A DNA stretch of 64,000 bases, taken from Opitutia bacterium. GTDB taxonomy: Bacteria > Verrucomicrobiota > Verrucomicrobiia > Opitutales > T3Sed10-336. The DNA lies in assembly GCA_050506795.1 (NCBI GenBank), contig JBJHCF010000011.1, positions 1 to 64,000 on the forward strand. Reading direction: 5' to 3'. Below are positions 9,467 through 21,027 of the stretch, in pieces. The notes beneath the pieces were generated by a model. That model was given only the letters and a program-made list of their open reading frames with translations. It was not told the origin of the DNA and searched no databases. The position numbers were made by a program, and so were the translations under genes. Position 1 is the first letter of the stretch; the number at the start of each line of letters is the position of its first letter.

Positions 9467-10441
9467 TCACCGTCCCGCCCGGGTGAGGCGGTCGTTGATC
9501 GCCCGGCCCAGGTTAAGGTCGGGAGCCTTTTCGGCCAGGATCCGGGTGTGACCGCGGCCGTCGATTTCGCGCAGGGTGGCGAAGAGGCGGGCGGCGGCCT
9601 CGCGGGGTGAACCCTGCTCGCTCAGCCAGTAGGTGCGGCCCGGGACCGGGTGTTCCGGTTTGCGAAAAAACAGCAGCGCGGTTGCGGGGTCGCCGGCATG
9701 AGGGTGTTGATCGAGTGGCAGGTCGGAAATCAGTTCCAGCGGTGTGCGCGGGCTGTAGTGACGGGCCATCTGGCCGGGGGCGAGGCGGGTGGTTTCGGTG
9801 TTTGGGATGGGAGAGAGGACAGGCTGGTCCAGAACCGCTTCGATTTGCTCCAGCGGTATGGCGCCGTGCCGCAGTATCGCCGGACGGTCGGAGTCGCGGA
9901 TGTCGAGAATAGTCGACTCAATTCCGTGGACACACGGTCCGCCGTCGAGAATGTACCGTATGCGGTCGCCCAGGCCGGCTTCGACGTGTTCCGCCGTGGT
10001 GGGACTGACCCCGGAGAAGGGGTTGGCGCTGGGGGCGGCCAGCGGACCGCCGAAGGTTTTCAGCAGGCGACACAGCAGCGGGTGAGCGGGCATGCGAATG
10101 GCCACCGACGGCAGGCCGGCGGTCACGACGTCCGGAACGGCGTTCGACTTTTCCAGGATCACGGTCAGGGGACCCGGCCAGAAGGCCTGGCGCAGGCGTT
10201 CCAGCACCGGCGTGGGACGGGCGATCGCGTTGACGTCGAAATCAGGCGGAATATGGACGATCAACGGATCCTCCGCCGGGCGTCCCTTCACGCGGAAAAT
10301 CTCCCGGCACGCCTTTTCGTTTAACGCGTCGGCGGCCAGGCCATAGACGGTCTCCGACGGCACCGCCACCAGTTCGCCGGCTTTGAGGGCGTCGGCGAGG
10401 AGGCGCAGGTTTGCTCCGGTTCCGGCGTAACGGGTACTCAC
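9467..10441 (-). CDS. sua5: L-threonylcarbamoyladenylate synthase, Sua5 type (YrdC + SUA5 domain)
   Basis: VPSETVYGLAA, KGRP..DPLIVH, FWPGPLT, AAPSAN, GIESTI, APGQMARHYSP, AINDRLTRA. GTG start overlaps the stop of the upstream SET gene (GTGA). Confidence 0.93.
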   Translation of the reverse strand: MSTRYAGTGANLRLLADALKAGELVAVPSETVYGLAADALNEKACREIFRVKGRPAEDPLIVHIPPDFDVNAIARPTPVLERLRQAFWPGPLTVILEKSNAVPDVVTAGLPSVAIRMPAHPLLCRLLKTFGGPLAAPSANPFSGVSPTTAEHVEAGLGDRIRYILDGGPCVHGIESTILDIRDSDRPAILRHGAIPLEQIEAVLDQPVLSPIPNTETTRLAPGQMARHYSPRTPLELISDLPLDQHPHAGDPATALLFFRKPEHPVPGRTYWLSEQGSPREAAARLFATLREIDGRGHTRILAEKAPDLNLGRAINDRLTRAGR

Positions 10442-11001
10442 GGCGTGGCTCGATCGCGTCCGGCGGCCCGCTTCTTCACCGCGCCCTGTTTCCGTTTCGC
10501 CAGGATGCGGCGGACCCGCCAGCGCTGACTCTTGTGCACGATGTAACCGACACAGCTCTCCGTGCCGCAGCGGCAGGGATGATCGATGAAATGCTCCATA
10601 TCGTAGCCGTAGTCGATGTAGATCTCTTCTCCCTCCTCGATGTCGTGCAGCGCCACATACCAGATTCGACCGCGGATGTTTACCGCCTCGCAGTTCGGCT
10701 CGCAACTGTGGTTGACATAACGTGCGATATTCTCCGGGACGTTCCCGTCGATGTCGTAACGCTTGTTCAACTCAAAAATATAAACCAGGCCGTCGCCGTT
10801 GCGTTTGCCGATCTCCTCCTGCAGCAGGCCGCGCCGGTTCGATTCCGCCTTGGTGATCTTTTCGCCCACGTATTGAAGGATTCGTGTGTCTTTGGGGATC
10901 TTTTTGATCGCGAAGCAACCGTATCCGTGAATGGGAGACTCGCGAACCTCGATCCATTCGTTGTCGATTTTGATTTTCTTCCTCTTTTTCAACTTTAACA
11001 C
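10438..11001 (-). CDS. SET-domain protein-lysine methyltransferase with post-SET Zn motif
   Basis: SPIHGYGCFA, ARYVNHSCEPN, GEEIYIDYG, CRCGTESCVG. Confidence 0.92.
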   Translation of the reverse strand: MLKLKKRKKIKIDNEWIEVRESPIHGYGCFAIKKIPKDTRILQYVGEKITKAESNRRGLLQEEIGKRNGDGLVYIFELNKRYDIDGNVPENIARYVNHSCEPNCEAVNIRGRIWYVALHDIEEGEEIYIDYGYDMEHFIDHPCRCGTESCVGYIVHKSQRWRVRRILAKRKQGAVKKRAAGRDRATP

Positions 11002-11287
11002 GGAATTTTATTCCTAGGCCAGGGCTTGGGAATGTCACGAACGAAATCCCTCAAGGATCACGTTGGCGGTCGTTGGGTGTTGACGCTCACCGAAACGAGT
11101 CGACTCGTCGTATTCTGCAACATTCGAGGAACATCTCCCTGACCCCTGTGCCCCCGAGTGAGATTTCTTCCCGTTCGGCCTATTGGGGGGAGACATCCCG
11201 TAATGAATCTTCAATTCTATCCATCGCTTTGTAGACTTTTTCGTTCACCTTACCTACGGTCTGAGCGAAATCCTTCGAGAGCTCATT

Positions 11288-12949
11288 ATGAAACACTGGC
11301 GAATTTCCCTTCTTCTGTTGGCGGTGACCCTCGGTTCCCTGTCGTGCCGTTCCGTCTCGAACAGCGAATATCAACCGCCGGCAGAGCGCGAGACGCTGGG
11401 CCTCGGGTTTTCCGATCCGACGGCAGGCATCGGGGCTTCAGCGGAATCCCGGGATCGAACCGCATTCGATATTGGCGATGGGGTGGCGCCGTCCGAACCG
11501 ACCGGACCGTTGCGAATCTCGTTGGAGGAAGCGGTCATGCTCACCCTCGAAAACAACCGTTCGCTGCGGGTTCAGCGGATGGCGCCGATCGTGGCGGGCA
11601 CTTTCGAGGACGTCGCGCGTTCGGCCTTCGATCCCAATCTATTCGCGGAACTTTCCATGTCGCGCAGGCGGGACGAGCGACTGGCGGACAGTCTGGCGGT
11701 GGTAACCGACGCCAGTGAAAGTCTGAACGCCAGTGTCGGCGTGAGTCAGTCGCTGCCCACGGGCACCGATGTCCAACTCGGGGCCACCCAGAGTTTCCGC
11801 AATCCTCGTGACGGCGGCCTGGACACCGATCGGGTCAGGGCCTTTGTCACCGTCACCCAAGCCCTGTTGGACGGGCGCGGCACCGAGGTCAACCTGGCCC
11901 AGGTGAGGCAGGCGAGGCTCGATACCCTGGCTTCCGAGTTCGAACTGCGCGGTTTCGCGGAGGCGTTGCTGGCCGACATCGAGAGCACCTACTGGGATTA
12001 CGTGCTGGCCCGGAGAGAAGTGGAGATTTTTGAGGAATCGGTCGATCTGGCGGTGCGTCAAATGGAGGCGACCCGCGAGCGAATCGAGGTCGGACAACTG
12101 GCCGAAACGGCGATTGCCGCCGCCGAGGCGGAAGTGGCCCTGCGTCGCCAGGCCTTGATCAACGCCCGCAGTTCGCTGGAAATGCTGCGGTTGCGTCTTA
12201 TCCGCCTTTTGAACCCGGAACCGGGCGTCGACGGCTGGAATCGTGAAATTGAGGTGGTGGACGATCCCTCGGTGCCCGATGTGGATCTGGACGACGTGCA
12301 GAGCCATGTGCAGGTGGCGCTGCGGTTTCGTCCGGAAATTCACCAGTCTCATCTGCAATTGACCAGTCGTGGACTGGACGTGGTGCAAACGCGCAACGGG
12401 TTGCTGCCGCGATTGGATTTTTTTGTGACATTGGGCAAAACCGGGTTCGCCAATTCGTTTGGTGACGCTGTCCGCAATATCGACGGAGACGGTTACGACG
12501 CCACGGTCGGCCTGAGGGCGGAATACGCGCTGGGCAACCGGCAAAGCGACGCCAACCACCGCCGTGCCCGGGCCACCGAACGGCAGGCGAGCGAGAGCAT
12601 CCGGAACCTGGTGCAACTGGTCGAACTGGACGTGCGCGTGGCCTACACCGAGGCGCAACGGGCCAAGGAGCAAATCGAAGCGAGCGGCGCTACCCGTCGT
12701 CTGCAAGAGGAGGCATTGCGGGCCGAAACGGAAAAGTTCGATGTGGGCCTTTCCACCGTGCTGGAGGTTTCTCAGGTTCAGCGCGACCTCCTGGAGTCGC
12801 AAATCGCCGAGGTGGGAGCCATCATCGACTACCGTAAAGCCCTCATCGACCTCTACCGCCTGGAAGGCTCCCTCCTCAAGCGCCGCGGCATCGGAGGCCC
12901 GGCGGACCGCGAACTTTCGCATACCATGGCCGAAAACGGCTACCGGTAA
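11288..12949 (+). CDS. TolC-family outer-membrane efflux lipoprotein
   Basis: Signal peptide/lipobox (SLSC); ISLEEAVMLTLENN; two OEP-like repeats; first gene of the efflux operon. Confidence 0.88.
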   Translation: MKHWRISLLLLAVTLGSLSCRSVSNSEYQPPAERETLGLGFSDPTAGIGASAESRDRTAFDIGDGVAPSEPTGPLRISLEEAVMLTLENNRSLRVQRMAPIVAGTFEDVARSAFDPNLFAELSMSRRRDERLADSLAVVTDASESLNASVGVSQSLPTGTDVQLGATQSFRNPRDGGLDTDRVRAFVTVTQALLDGRGTEVNLAQVRQARLDTLASEFELRGFAEALLADIESTYWDYVLARREVEIFEESVDLAVRQMEATRERIEVGQLAETAIAAAEAEVALRRQALINARSSLEMLRLRLIRLLNPEPGVDGWNREIEVVDDPSVPDVDLDDVQSHVQVALRFRPEIHQSHLQLTSRGLDVVQTRNGLLPRLDFFVTLGKTGFANSFGDAVRNIDGDGYDATVGLRAEYALGNRQSDANHRRARATERQASESIRNLVQLVELDVRVAYTEAQRAKEQIEASGATRRLQEEALRAETEKFDVGLSTVLEVSQVQRDLLESQIAEVGAIIDYRKALIDLYRLEGSLLKRRGIGGPADRELSHTMAENGYR

Positions 12950-13041
12950 CCCCGGCGCAGGACGGCGAAAACGCAAGCGCCCAGGCGGTCTTGCCGGCTT
13001 GGCTTGGCAAATGCGGGAAATCGGGTTAGGGTTGATCGCTT

Positions 13042-14244
13042 ATGACGGAAACACGGAACCGCAGACATTGGGGAAGATGGATTGGCGTGCTGGTCCTGCT
13101 CGGCGCGATCGGGTGGGGGGCCACGGCGTTCTGGGGTGGCGACAGGAGCCAGGGGGTCTCGTTGAACACTGTGGAGGCGGAGCGCGGGGAATTGCGTCAG
13201 ACCGTGCTGGCCACGGGGCAGCTCAACCCGGTGATCAACGTCGAGGTTGGTTCCCAGGTTTCCGGGATTCTCGACGAGATCCTGGTGGATTTTAACTCTG
13301 AAGTGCGCCGCGGCCAAGTGCTCGCGCGCTTGGAAACGTCCACCTTCGAGGCCAACCTCAGTGAGGCGGAAGGGCAGGTGGCTCTGGCCGAATCCGCCCT
13401 GGAACTGGCCGAAGTTGAAATCGACCGTTTGCGCCGGTTGCGCGACCGCAACCTCGTTCCGCAATCGGAAATCGATCAGGCGTACGCCAACCTCCGCCAG
13501 GCGGAGGCCACCCTTCGCATCCGCACCCACGCCATGGAGCGGGCGGCGTCGGAGTTGGCTCGCTGCACCATCTATTCGCCCATCGACGGCATCGTCATTT
13601 CCCGCAACGTCGATGAAGGACAGACGGTGGCCGCCAGCATGACCGCTCCCGTCCTTTTTACCATCGCCAACGACCTGACCCGGATGCAGATCAATTCCCA
13701 TGTCCCGGAGGCGGATATCGGGGGGATTCGCGACGGGCAGGCCGTCGAATTCACGGTGGACGCCTATCCGGGACGAAGGTTCACCGGCACCGTCATCCAG
13801 GTCCGTAACGCTCCCATCCTGGAGCAGAACGTGGTGACCTACGACACCGTGATCGAAGTGGCCAACCCGGACCGTTTGCTCAAGCCCGGGATGACCGCCA
13901 CCGTGACCATCATTACCGAGGAAAAGGACGATGTGCTGCGGGTTCGCAACACCGCGTTGCGTACGCGTCTGCCGGATCAGATCCGTCCGGAGGCGCCTCC
14001 GACGCCCGATGACGACGGTGGCGAAGGGACCTGGCGGGTGGCCTACATTCTGCCGGGAGGCAACCCGCGGGGGCCGATCGAAGCGATCCACGTGCGCACC
14101 GGGATGACCGATGGCCTGCACACCGAAATCCTGGAGGGCCTGGAGGAAGGCGATGTCCTCGTTACCGGCGTTCAGGTCCAAACCGCGGGCGGCGGCGGTC
14201 GCGGCGGAAGCAGCCTTTTCGGACCGAGCCCGGCTCAGTATTAA
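13042..14244 (+). CDS. MacA-like periplasmic adaptor (efflux membrane fusion protein)
   Basis: N-terminal TM; VEVGSQVSG, IYSPIDGIVISRNVDEGQTVAAS, LKPGMTA. Confidence 0.92.
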   Translation: MTETRNRRHWGRWIGVLVLLGAIGWGATAFWGGDRSQGVSLNTVEAERGELRQTVLATGQLNPVINVEVGSQVSGILDEILVDFNSEVRRGQVLARLETSTFEANLSEAEGQVALAESALELAEVEIDRLRRLRDRNLVPQSEIDQAYANLRQAEATLRIRTHAMERAASELARCTIYSPIDGIVISRNVDEGQTVAASMTAPVLFTIANDLTRMQINSHVPEADIGGIRDGQAVEFTVDAYPGRRFTGTVIQVRNAPILEQNVVTYDTVIEVANPDRLLKPGMTATVTIITEEKDDVLRVRNTALRTRLPDQIRPEAPPTPDDDGGEGTWRVAYILPGGNPRGPIEAIHVRTGMTDGLHTEILEGLEEGDVLVTGVQVQTAGGGGRGGSSLFGPSPAQY

Positions 14245-14251
14245 AAGATCG

Positions 14252-15015
14252 ATGTCCGTACTGAAACTCGACGATTTGCACAAATCCTATTTTCTCGGCC
14301 GCGACGTCGAGGTGCCCGCGCTGAGGGGGGTGACCTTGTCCCTGGTGGCGGGCGAGTTTGTGGCCGTCATGGGGCCGAGCGGTTCCGGGAAATCGACCCT
14401 GATGAACATTCTGGGTTGCCTCGACCGGCCCAGCCGGGGGCGTTATTGGCTGGACGGCGAGGACGTGGCCACCCTTTCCCGCGACGAGCTGGCGGCGGTG
14501 CGCAATCGCAAACTCGGATTTGTTTTCCAGAGCTTCAACCTCTTGTCCCGCACCTCCGCCCTGGAAAACGTCGAATTGCCGCTCATGTACCGCGGCAGTG
14601 ATCTCGGAATGCGGGAAATTCGCCGGCGGGCCGAACAGGCCCTCGAGCGGGTCGGGTTGGCCGATCGGGCCGATCACCACCCGAGCCAGCTTTCCGGCGG
14701 TCAGCAACAGCGGGTGGCCATCGCCCGGGCCCTGGTGAACGAGCCGACCATACTGCTGGCGGACGAGCCCACCGGGAATCTGGATACGCGAACCGGGATC
14801 GAAATCATGGAGATTTTTCAACAGTTGAACGAATCCGGCATGACGTTGATTATGGTGACGCATGAACCCGAGATCGGACAGTTTGTCAAACGTCGGATCT
14901 TTATGCGCGACGGCCGGATCGTATCCGATGACGAGGTGAACAACCGGGTCGACGCCTCCGAGGAAAAGCGCCGGCTGGCGGCGATGGTCGAGGAAGAGGA
15001 AGAGGAGGTCCTGCC

Positions 15016-15019
<4 letters not shown>
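14252..15019 (+). CDS. ABC transporter ATP-binding protein (MacB/LolD-like)
   Basis: [35 protein letters not shown]. Confidence 0.95.
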
Positions 15020-16229
<1,210 letters not shown>

Positions 16230-16233
<4 letters not shown>

Positions 16234-16643
16234 ATGCTTCCCGGCCGAGAATGGTCATCACCCGCAAACACCTCCTGGTTCGGGGGCTGACCAACCGTTG
16301 TCCCAATTGCGGGGGAGGGCGATTGTTCGAGGGGTGGTTCCGTCTGCGGCGGTGCTGCCCGGATTGCGGCATGACGCTGGAGCAGGGCGAGGGTTTTTTC
16401 CTGGGATCGATGTCGATCAATTACGGGGTGACGGTGATGGGTTTCCTGCTGCCGGTCCTCATTCTGACCGGACTCGGCTGGATCCCGGGGAACGTCGCCA
16501 TCGGCCTGGGCCTGATCGGCGCCCTGTTGTTCCCCGCGCTTTTCTACCGCAGTTCGCGCAGTTGGTGGCTGATGTTGTATTTTATGGCCCTGCCGCACGA
16601 ATTGCCCATCAATGGAGGCAAAGGCCGAGGCGAGGACCTCTGA
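16230..16643 (+). CDS. DUF983-like Zn-ribbon membrane protein
   Basis: RCPNCGGGRLF...CPDCG followed by two TM helices; ATGA overlap with the permease gene. Confidence 0.8.
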
Positions 16644-16687
16644 CTCTCTAGCTTTTTGTCTGAAATCGTGTGCGAATCGCGCAAGAT

Positions 16688-16712
16688 TACGTGGAGGGTT
16701 GCCCTCCACGTA
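16688..16712. terminator. Perfect 11-bp stem hairpin after the efflux operon
   Basis: TACGTGGAGGG-TTG-CCCTCCACGTA; no clear U-tract. Confidence 0.5.
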
Positions 16713-16722
16713 CCTCCTATCC

Positions 16723-16748
16723 CGTAGCGGCGTGCTTCAGCCGCCGTT
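16723..16748 (+). repeat. GTAG-type REP element, copy 1
   Basis: CGTAGCGGCGTGCTTCAGCCGCCGTT; 25/26 identical to 54416-54441. Confidence 0.8.
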
Positions 16749-16894
16749 TTCCCCGCGAAGCATGCACCAGGGTTGCGGGATGTCCCCGGATCCAATCCTT
16801 GCCGGAACCTCCTCCCGAAAATCGCGTTTCCCGGTCCCGTCGATCAAAGAAAGATTGGCATTTTTAACCTCGTACCGGATACTGCGCCTGTCGC

Positions 16895-18715
16895 ATGAAA
16901 TGGTACCGGTCGCTGCAACGTTCGATTAGCCAAACCCCGGGAGGGTTGCTTTCGTATAACAAGCTGGATTTTCTCCCTCTCCGGAAAACGGCGGCCAATT
17001 ACAGCAGGTTCAAGTTGGGATGCGATTTGCGCGCCGGGGTGAATGTGGCCCTGTTGGCGTTTCCCCAGGGGATGGCGTACGCCATGATCGCGGGTCTGCC
17101 GGTTTCATACGGGATTTACGGGGCGACGGTAGCGACGATTGTCGGGTCGATTTTCGCCGGTTCGCGATTCATCGTGCACGGACCGAGCAACGCGACCTCA
17201 GTCATGCTTCTCAGTGTTTTCGCCGCTCTGGGAGTCACCCAGGAGGAGAAGCTCGCGCTCCTGCCGTTGTTGCTTCTCATGGTCGGCGTGTTTCTGGCCT
17301 TGGGCGCGTATCTGCGGGTGGGCAACCTCATTCAGTACATTTCCCGCAGCGTGATCGTCGGGTACGTTACGGCGGCGGCAATCCTCATTATCAGCAATCA
17401 GTCCAGAAGCGTTCTGGGGTTTGATTTCGAGGAGACGGCGACGACGTTTTTTGATGTTGCTATCCTGACGGTCAAAAACCTGGATCAAACGCAGTGGTCT
17501 TCCGCGTTGATCGGGGGTCTGTCCCTGGTGGTTTACCTGGTGCTGCGCAAGACGGTTCGCTTCCTCCCCAACGTCGCCGTTACGCTTCTGGTGATGTCGT
17601 TGACGACCCATTTTCTGGTGGCCGCCGGGTTGCCCCCGGTGGTGTTGCTTGATTCGTTGGCTCCGGGAGATTGGGGTTTGACGATTCCGTCGGTGAATTT
17701 CTCGGATGTGCAGCTGCTGCTCAGTGCGGCCCTTGCGATGGCTCTGCTGTGCGGTCTCGAGGGAATTTCGATCGGCAAGGCAATGGCGGCCCGCTCCGGG
17801 GAGCGCCTGAACGTCAACCAGGAGATGTTCAGCGTCGGAGCGGCCAACATTGCCTGCGCCTGCTTGTCCGGAATGTCCTCTTCCGGATCCCTGACCCGTT
17901 CCGTCCTGGGGTGGGCCAGCAATTCACGCACACCGCTGGCGGGGATCATCACCGGTGCGATCTGTCTGATCGGTGTATTCACGGTGGGACCGGTCATCGG
18001 CTATATCCCTCAAACGACGCTGGCGGTTTTGATCATTGTCATCGGGATTTCATTGATCAACCGGGATCAAATTCGGATCGTGCTGCGATCCACCCGTTCG
18101 GACGCATGGACCTTTTTTGTCACTCTGGCCGCCGGACTTCTTTTTCCCCTGGACCTGGCGATTTACCTGGGTGCGGCCACGTCGATTACCTTCTTTATGC
18201 ACAAGGTCTCCGCGCCGGAAATGGTGGAGTACAAGTTCGACGAAGAGGGACGCCTGACTGAACTCGCCGCCAACCAGAAACGCCCCGATCCGGAGATCTC
18301 CATCGTGCACGTGGAAGGGGACCTTTTTTTCGGCGCTTCCGACCTCTTCCTGGAGCAAATGCGCCGCATCTGCGAAGAGGAGAGTCTCCGGGTGGTGGTT
18401 TTGAAGATGCGCAACGCCCGGCACCTCGACGCCACCAGCGTGATGACGCTCCAAGACCTTATCCGCTACATGCGCGACATGAACCGTCTGCTCCTGGTCA
18501 GCGAAGCCCGCAAGGACGTGATTCGCATCTTCAAAAAATCCGGACTTCTCGAAACCATCGGCCGCGAAAACATCTTCCCCGACGTCTCCCAGAACCCGAC
18601 CCTCTCCACCGCCCGCGCCCTCAAACGCGCCACCCAAATCATCGGTGACCGCCGGGCCAAGGTCAGCGTGTATTACGACAAGAAGAAAGAAGAGGAACGG
18701 AAAAAGAAGGAGTGA
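16895..18715 (+). CDS. SulP/SLC26 anion transporter with STAS domain
   Basis: DLRAGVNVALLAFPQGMAYA, NQEM, GSLTRS, C-terminal EGDLFFGA...HLDAT STAS domain. Confidence 0.93.
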   Translation: MKWYRSLQRSISQTPGGLLSYNKLDFLPLRKTAANYSRFKLGCDLRAGVNVALLAFPQGMAYAMIAGLPVSYGIYGATVATIVGSIFAGSRFIVHGPSNATSVMLLSVFAALGVTQEEKLALLPLLLLMVGVFLALGAYLRVGNLIQYISRSVIVGYVTAAAILIISNQSRSVLGFDFEETATTFFDVAILTVKNLDQTQWSSALIGGLSLVVYLVLRKTVRFLPNVAVTLLVMSLTTHFLVAAGLPPVVLLDSLAPGDWGLTIPSVNFSDVQLLLSAALAMALLCGLEGISIGKAMAARSGERLNVNQEMFSVGAANIACACLSGMSSSGSLTRSVLGWASNSRTPLAGIITGAICLIGVFTVGPVIGYIPQTTLAVLIIVIGISLINRDQIRIVLRSTRSDAWTFFVTLAAGLLFPLDLAIYLGAATSITFFMHKVSAPEMVEYKFDEEGRLTELAANQKRPDPEISIVHVEGDLFFGASDLFLEQMRRICEEESLRVVVLKMRNARHLDATSVMTLQDLIRYMRDMNRLLLVSEARKDVIRIFKKSGLLETIGRENIFPDVSQNPTLSTARALKRATQIIGDRRAKVSVYYDKKKEEERKKKE

Positions 18716-18761
18716 GGGCCGACGGTTCGTTCGAGACTCTCTCCCCGTGCTGTCGCTGGCC

Positions 18762-18789
18762 TTGACGCTGTTCTCTGGATAGGTAGGAT
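18762..18789 (+). promoter_or_regulatory. Possible sigma70-type promoter for the ECF/kinase operon
   Basis: TTGACG-N16-TAGGAT, ending 29 nt before the ATG at 18818. Confidence 0.4.
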
Positions 18790-18817
18790 AAACGTCGGAT
18801 CGTTTCCGGAGAAATTC

Positions 18818-19564
18818 ATGTCAAAAGCCTCGCCGCAACTGGAATCCTCGCATCCGAATCACTTTGCCGATACCCGGTGGTCGGTGGTTCTGTTGGCTTC
18901 GGAGGGGAACTCTCCGGATTCACGAGCCGCGCTCGAGACCTTTTGCCGGACCTACTGGCGTCCTTTGTATGGTTTCGTGCGGCGCTCGGGGTGGAATTGC
19001 GCCGACGCCCAGGATCTGGTGCAAGGGTTTTTGGTCGATTTTCTGGCTCGTAACACCCTCGCGGAAGCGCGTCCCGAATTGGGTCGCTTTCGAACACTCC
19101 TGCTTGCCTGCCTGAAGAATTACCTGGCGAACCAGGCGAAGCGTTCGCGGAGAGTGAAACGAGGGGGCGGGCAGCCCCACGTGCCCTGGGAGGATGTGGA
19201 GGTTGAAGCGCAGGTCCGGCATGATTTGCCCGCGGCGATGACCCCGGAGGAGCACTACGACCGGGAGTGGGCGCTCGCGTTGCTCGATCTGGTTTTCGAG
19301 CGCTTGCGGCGGGAATGCGAAAACGAGGGGAAAGGGGATGTGTTCGAGCGTTTACGGGACTTTTTGTCTTATCGGCGAACGGACCTATCCTACGAGGAGG
19401 TGGGGGAGTCCCTGGGGAAAAGCGCGGGAAATGTTCGCGTTATCGTGCATCGCTTTCGGAAACGTTTCCGGGATCTTTTGCGCGAGGAGGTCGGGCGGAC
19501 GATTTTTTCACCGTCCGACCTGGAGGACGAAATCAAGGCGCTCATTGGAACGTTATCACGCTGA
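18818..19564 (+). CDS. ECF sigma factor of the kinase-associated PVC type
   Basis: FADTRWSVV N-terminus, YWRPLYGFVRR, DAQDLVQGF (region 2), YDREWA, region 4 SYEEVGESLG..VRVIVHRFRKRF. Confidence 0.88.
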   Translation: MSKASPQLESSHPNHFADTRWSVVLLASEGNSPDSRAALETFCRTYWRPLYGFVRRSGWNCADAQDLVQGFLVDFLARNTLAEARPELGRFRTLLLACLKNYLANQAKRSRRVKRGGGQPHVPWEDVEVEAQVRHDLPAAMTPEEHYDREWALALLDLVFERLRRECENEGKGDVFERLRDFLSYRRTDLSYEEVGESLGKSAGNVRVIVHRFRKRFRDLLREEVGRTIFSPSDLEDEIKALIGTLSR

Positions 19565-19582
19565 CCCAATCTCTTCTCAGCG

Positions 19583-20992
19583 ATGAACGGTAACCGCGGC
19601 GCAGGTACTGATCTTTCGAAACCGCGGGCGTGCGCTCAATGCGGGAACGAGTTGTACTCCGGAACCGTGGGAGAAGTTTGCCCGGCCTGTTTACTGCGGC
19701 AAGCGTTGACCCTGGACACCTTGCCGAGGTCCGAGGCTGCGGAATCGGCCTCCGCATCCCGGATCTGGCCGGATCCGGCTGAAATCGCGCTGGCTTTTCC
19801 TCGCTTCGAGATTCTCGAATGCCTGGGGAGGGGCGGGATGGGGGTCGTTTACCGGGCCCGACAGAAATCGCTCGATCGGGAGGTCGCCCTCAAGATTCTG
19901 GCGCCGGAGCGCGAGTCCGACGATCGCTTCCGGGCTCGTTTCGCGCGCGAGGCCCGGACACTTGCCCGTCTCAATCATCCGGGAGTGGTTGCCGTCTATG
20001 ATTTCGGCGAAGCGTCCGGGATTTTTTATCTCGTAATGGAGTTCGTCGAAGGGCCCAACGTACGTCATCTTATCCGGGAGGGAGCGTTGCCGGTCGACGA
20101 AGCGATTCCCCTGGTGCTCTCCGTCTGCGAGGCCCTGGATTACGCTCACGATAAGGGAGTGGTGCATCGCGACATCAAGCCGGAGAATCTGCTTCTTACC
20201 CGGAATGGCGCGGTGAAAGTCGCCGATTTCGGAATCGCGGAGATGATGCGCGGCGACACCGCTGACGCCGGGGCGGAGCTCGGGTCGGTGCGTTTGGCGG
20301 GCACCCCCGGTTATTTGGCTCCGGAGCTTGCTTCCGCTCCTGACACGGTCGATCACCGGGCGGACCTGTACTCCCTGGCGGTGGTCCTCCACGAACTGCT
20401 GACCGGGAAAGTCGCCGTTCCGCCGCCCGGGCGATCGTCCGATCCGGTTTTGGATCCGGGTGTGGATTCAAGGCTGGCTCCCGTCCTGGGGCGGGCGTTG
20501 GAAACCCATCCCGCAAATCGATATTCGACCGCCGGGGAGATGGCCGATGCCTTGCGGGGCGCGGTTGCTCCGGTGGCGGCGCCTCCTGCTGCCACCGCGA
20601 AGACGTCGGGCCGTCGCACTGCCGTGGCGTTGCTGGTAGGGCTCATCGTCGTACTGCCGCTGCTTGCCATCCTTTCGGAGCGTTTGACGGTCTGGCCACG
20701 TGACGACTCTCTGCCGATCGCGGCCCCGGTACGTATGGAAAGCCCGCCCCGTCTTGACCGGACGGCGGCCTTCAGCTTGTCACCCTTGCCCGGGGAAAGC
20801 GCGGCCTTTGTGCACCTCGAAATCCAAGGCCGCCTCGACGGCGAAGCCTGGGTCGCCGACCATCGCCTTGAAGGTGAAATCGACCTGCAAGTCTCACGTC
20901 CACTCCCGCCGGAAGCCGTCTATTCGTTTGAGTACATCCCCATTACCGCCACGGACGGCGAGTTAAGCATCACCTATTGGTTCAGTGATTGA
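19583..20992 (+). CDS. Hanks-type membrane Ser/Thr protein kinase with N-terminal Zn ribbon
   Basis: CAQCG...CPAC; GRGGMGVVY, VALK, HRDIKPEN, DFG, GTPGYLAPE; one TM helix and a ~100-aa external domain. Confidence 0.93.
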   Translation: MNGNRGAGTDLSKPRACAQCGNELYSGTVGEVCPACLLRQALTLDTLPRSEAAESASASRIWPDPAEIALAFPRFEILECLGRGGMGVVYRARQKSLDREVALKILAPERESDDRFRARFAREARTLARLNHPGVVAVYDFGEASGIFYLVMEFVEGPNVRHLIREGALPVDEAIPLVLSVCEALDYAHDKGVVHRDIKPENLLLTRNGAVKVADFGIAEMMRGDTADAGAELGSVRLAGTPGYLAPELASAPDTVDHRADLYSLAVVLHELLTGKVAVPPPGRSSDPVLDPGVDSRLAPVLGRALETHPANRYSTAGEMADALRGAVAPVAAPPAATAKTSGRRTAVALLVGLIVVLPLLAILSERLTVWPRDDSLPIAAPVRMESPPRLDRTAAFSLSPLPGESAAFVHLEIQGRLDGEAWVADHRLEGEIDLQVSRPLPPEAVYSFEYIPITATDGELSITYWFSD

Positions 20993-21027
20993 AGGATGAA
21001 GCGTATTTGTCCCGTTTCCCGAGCTTT

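Noticed and set aside
11180..11374. Small minus-strand ORF with a protein-like C-terminus
   Set aside because: Overlaps the tolC-family start on the opposite strand; no RBS or motif support.
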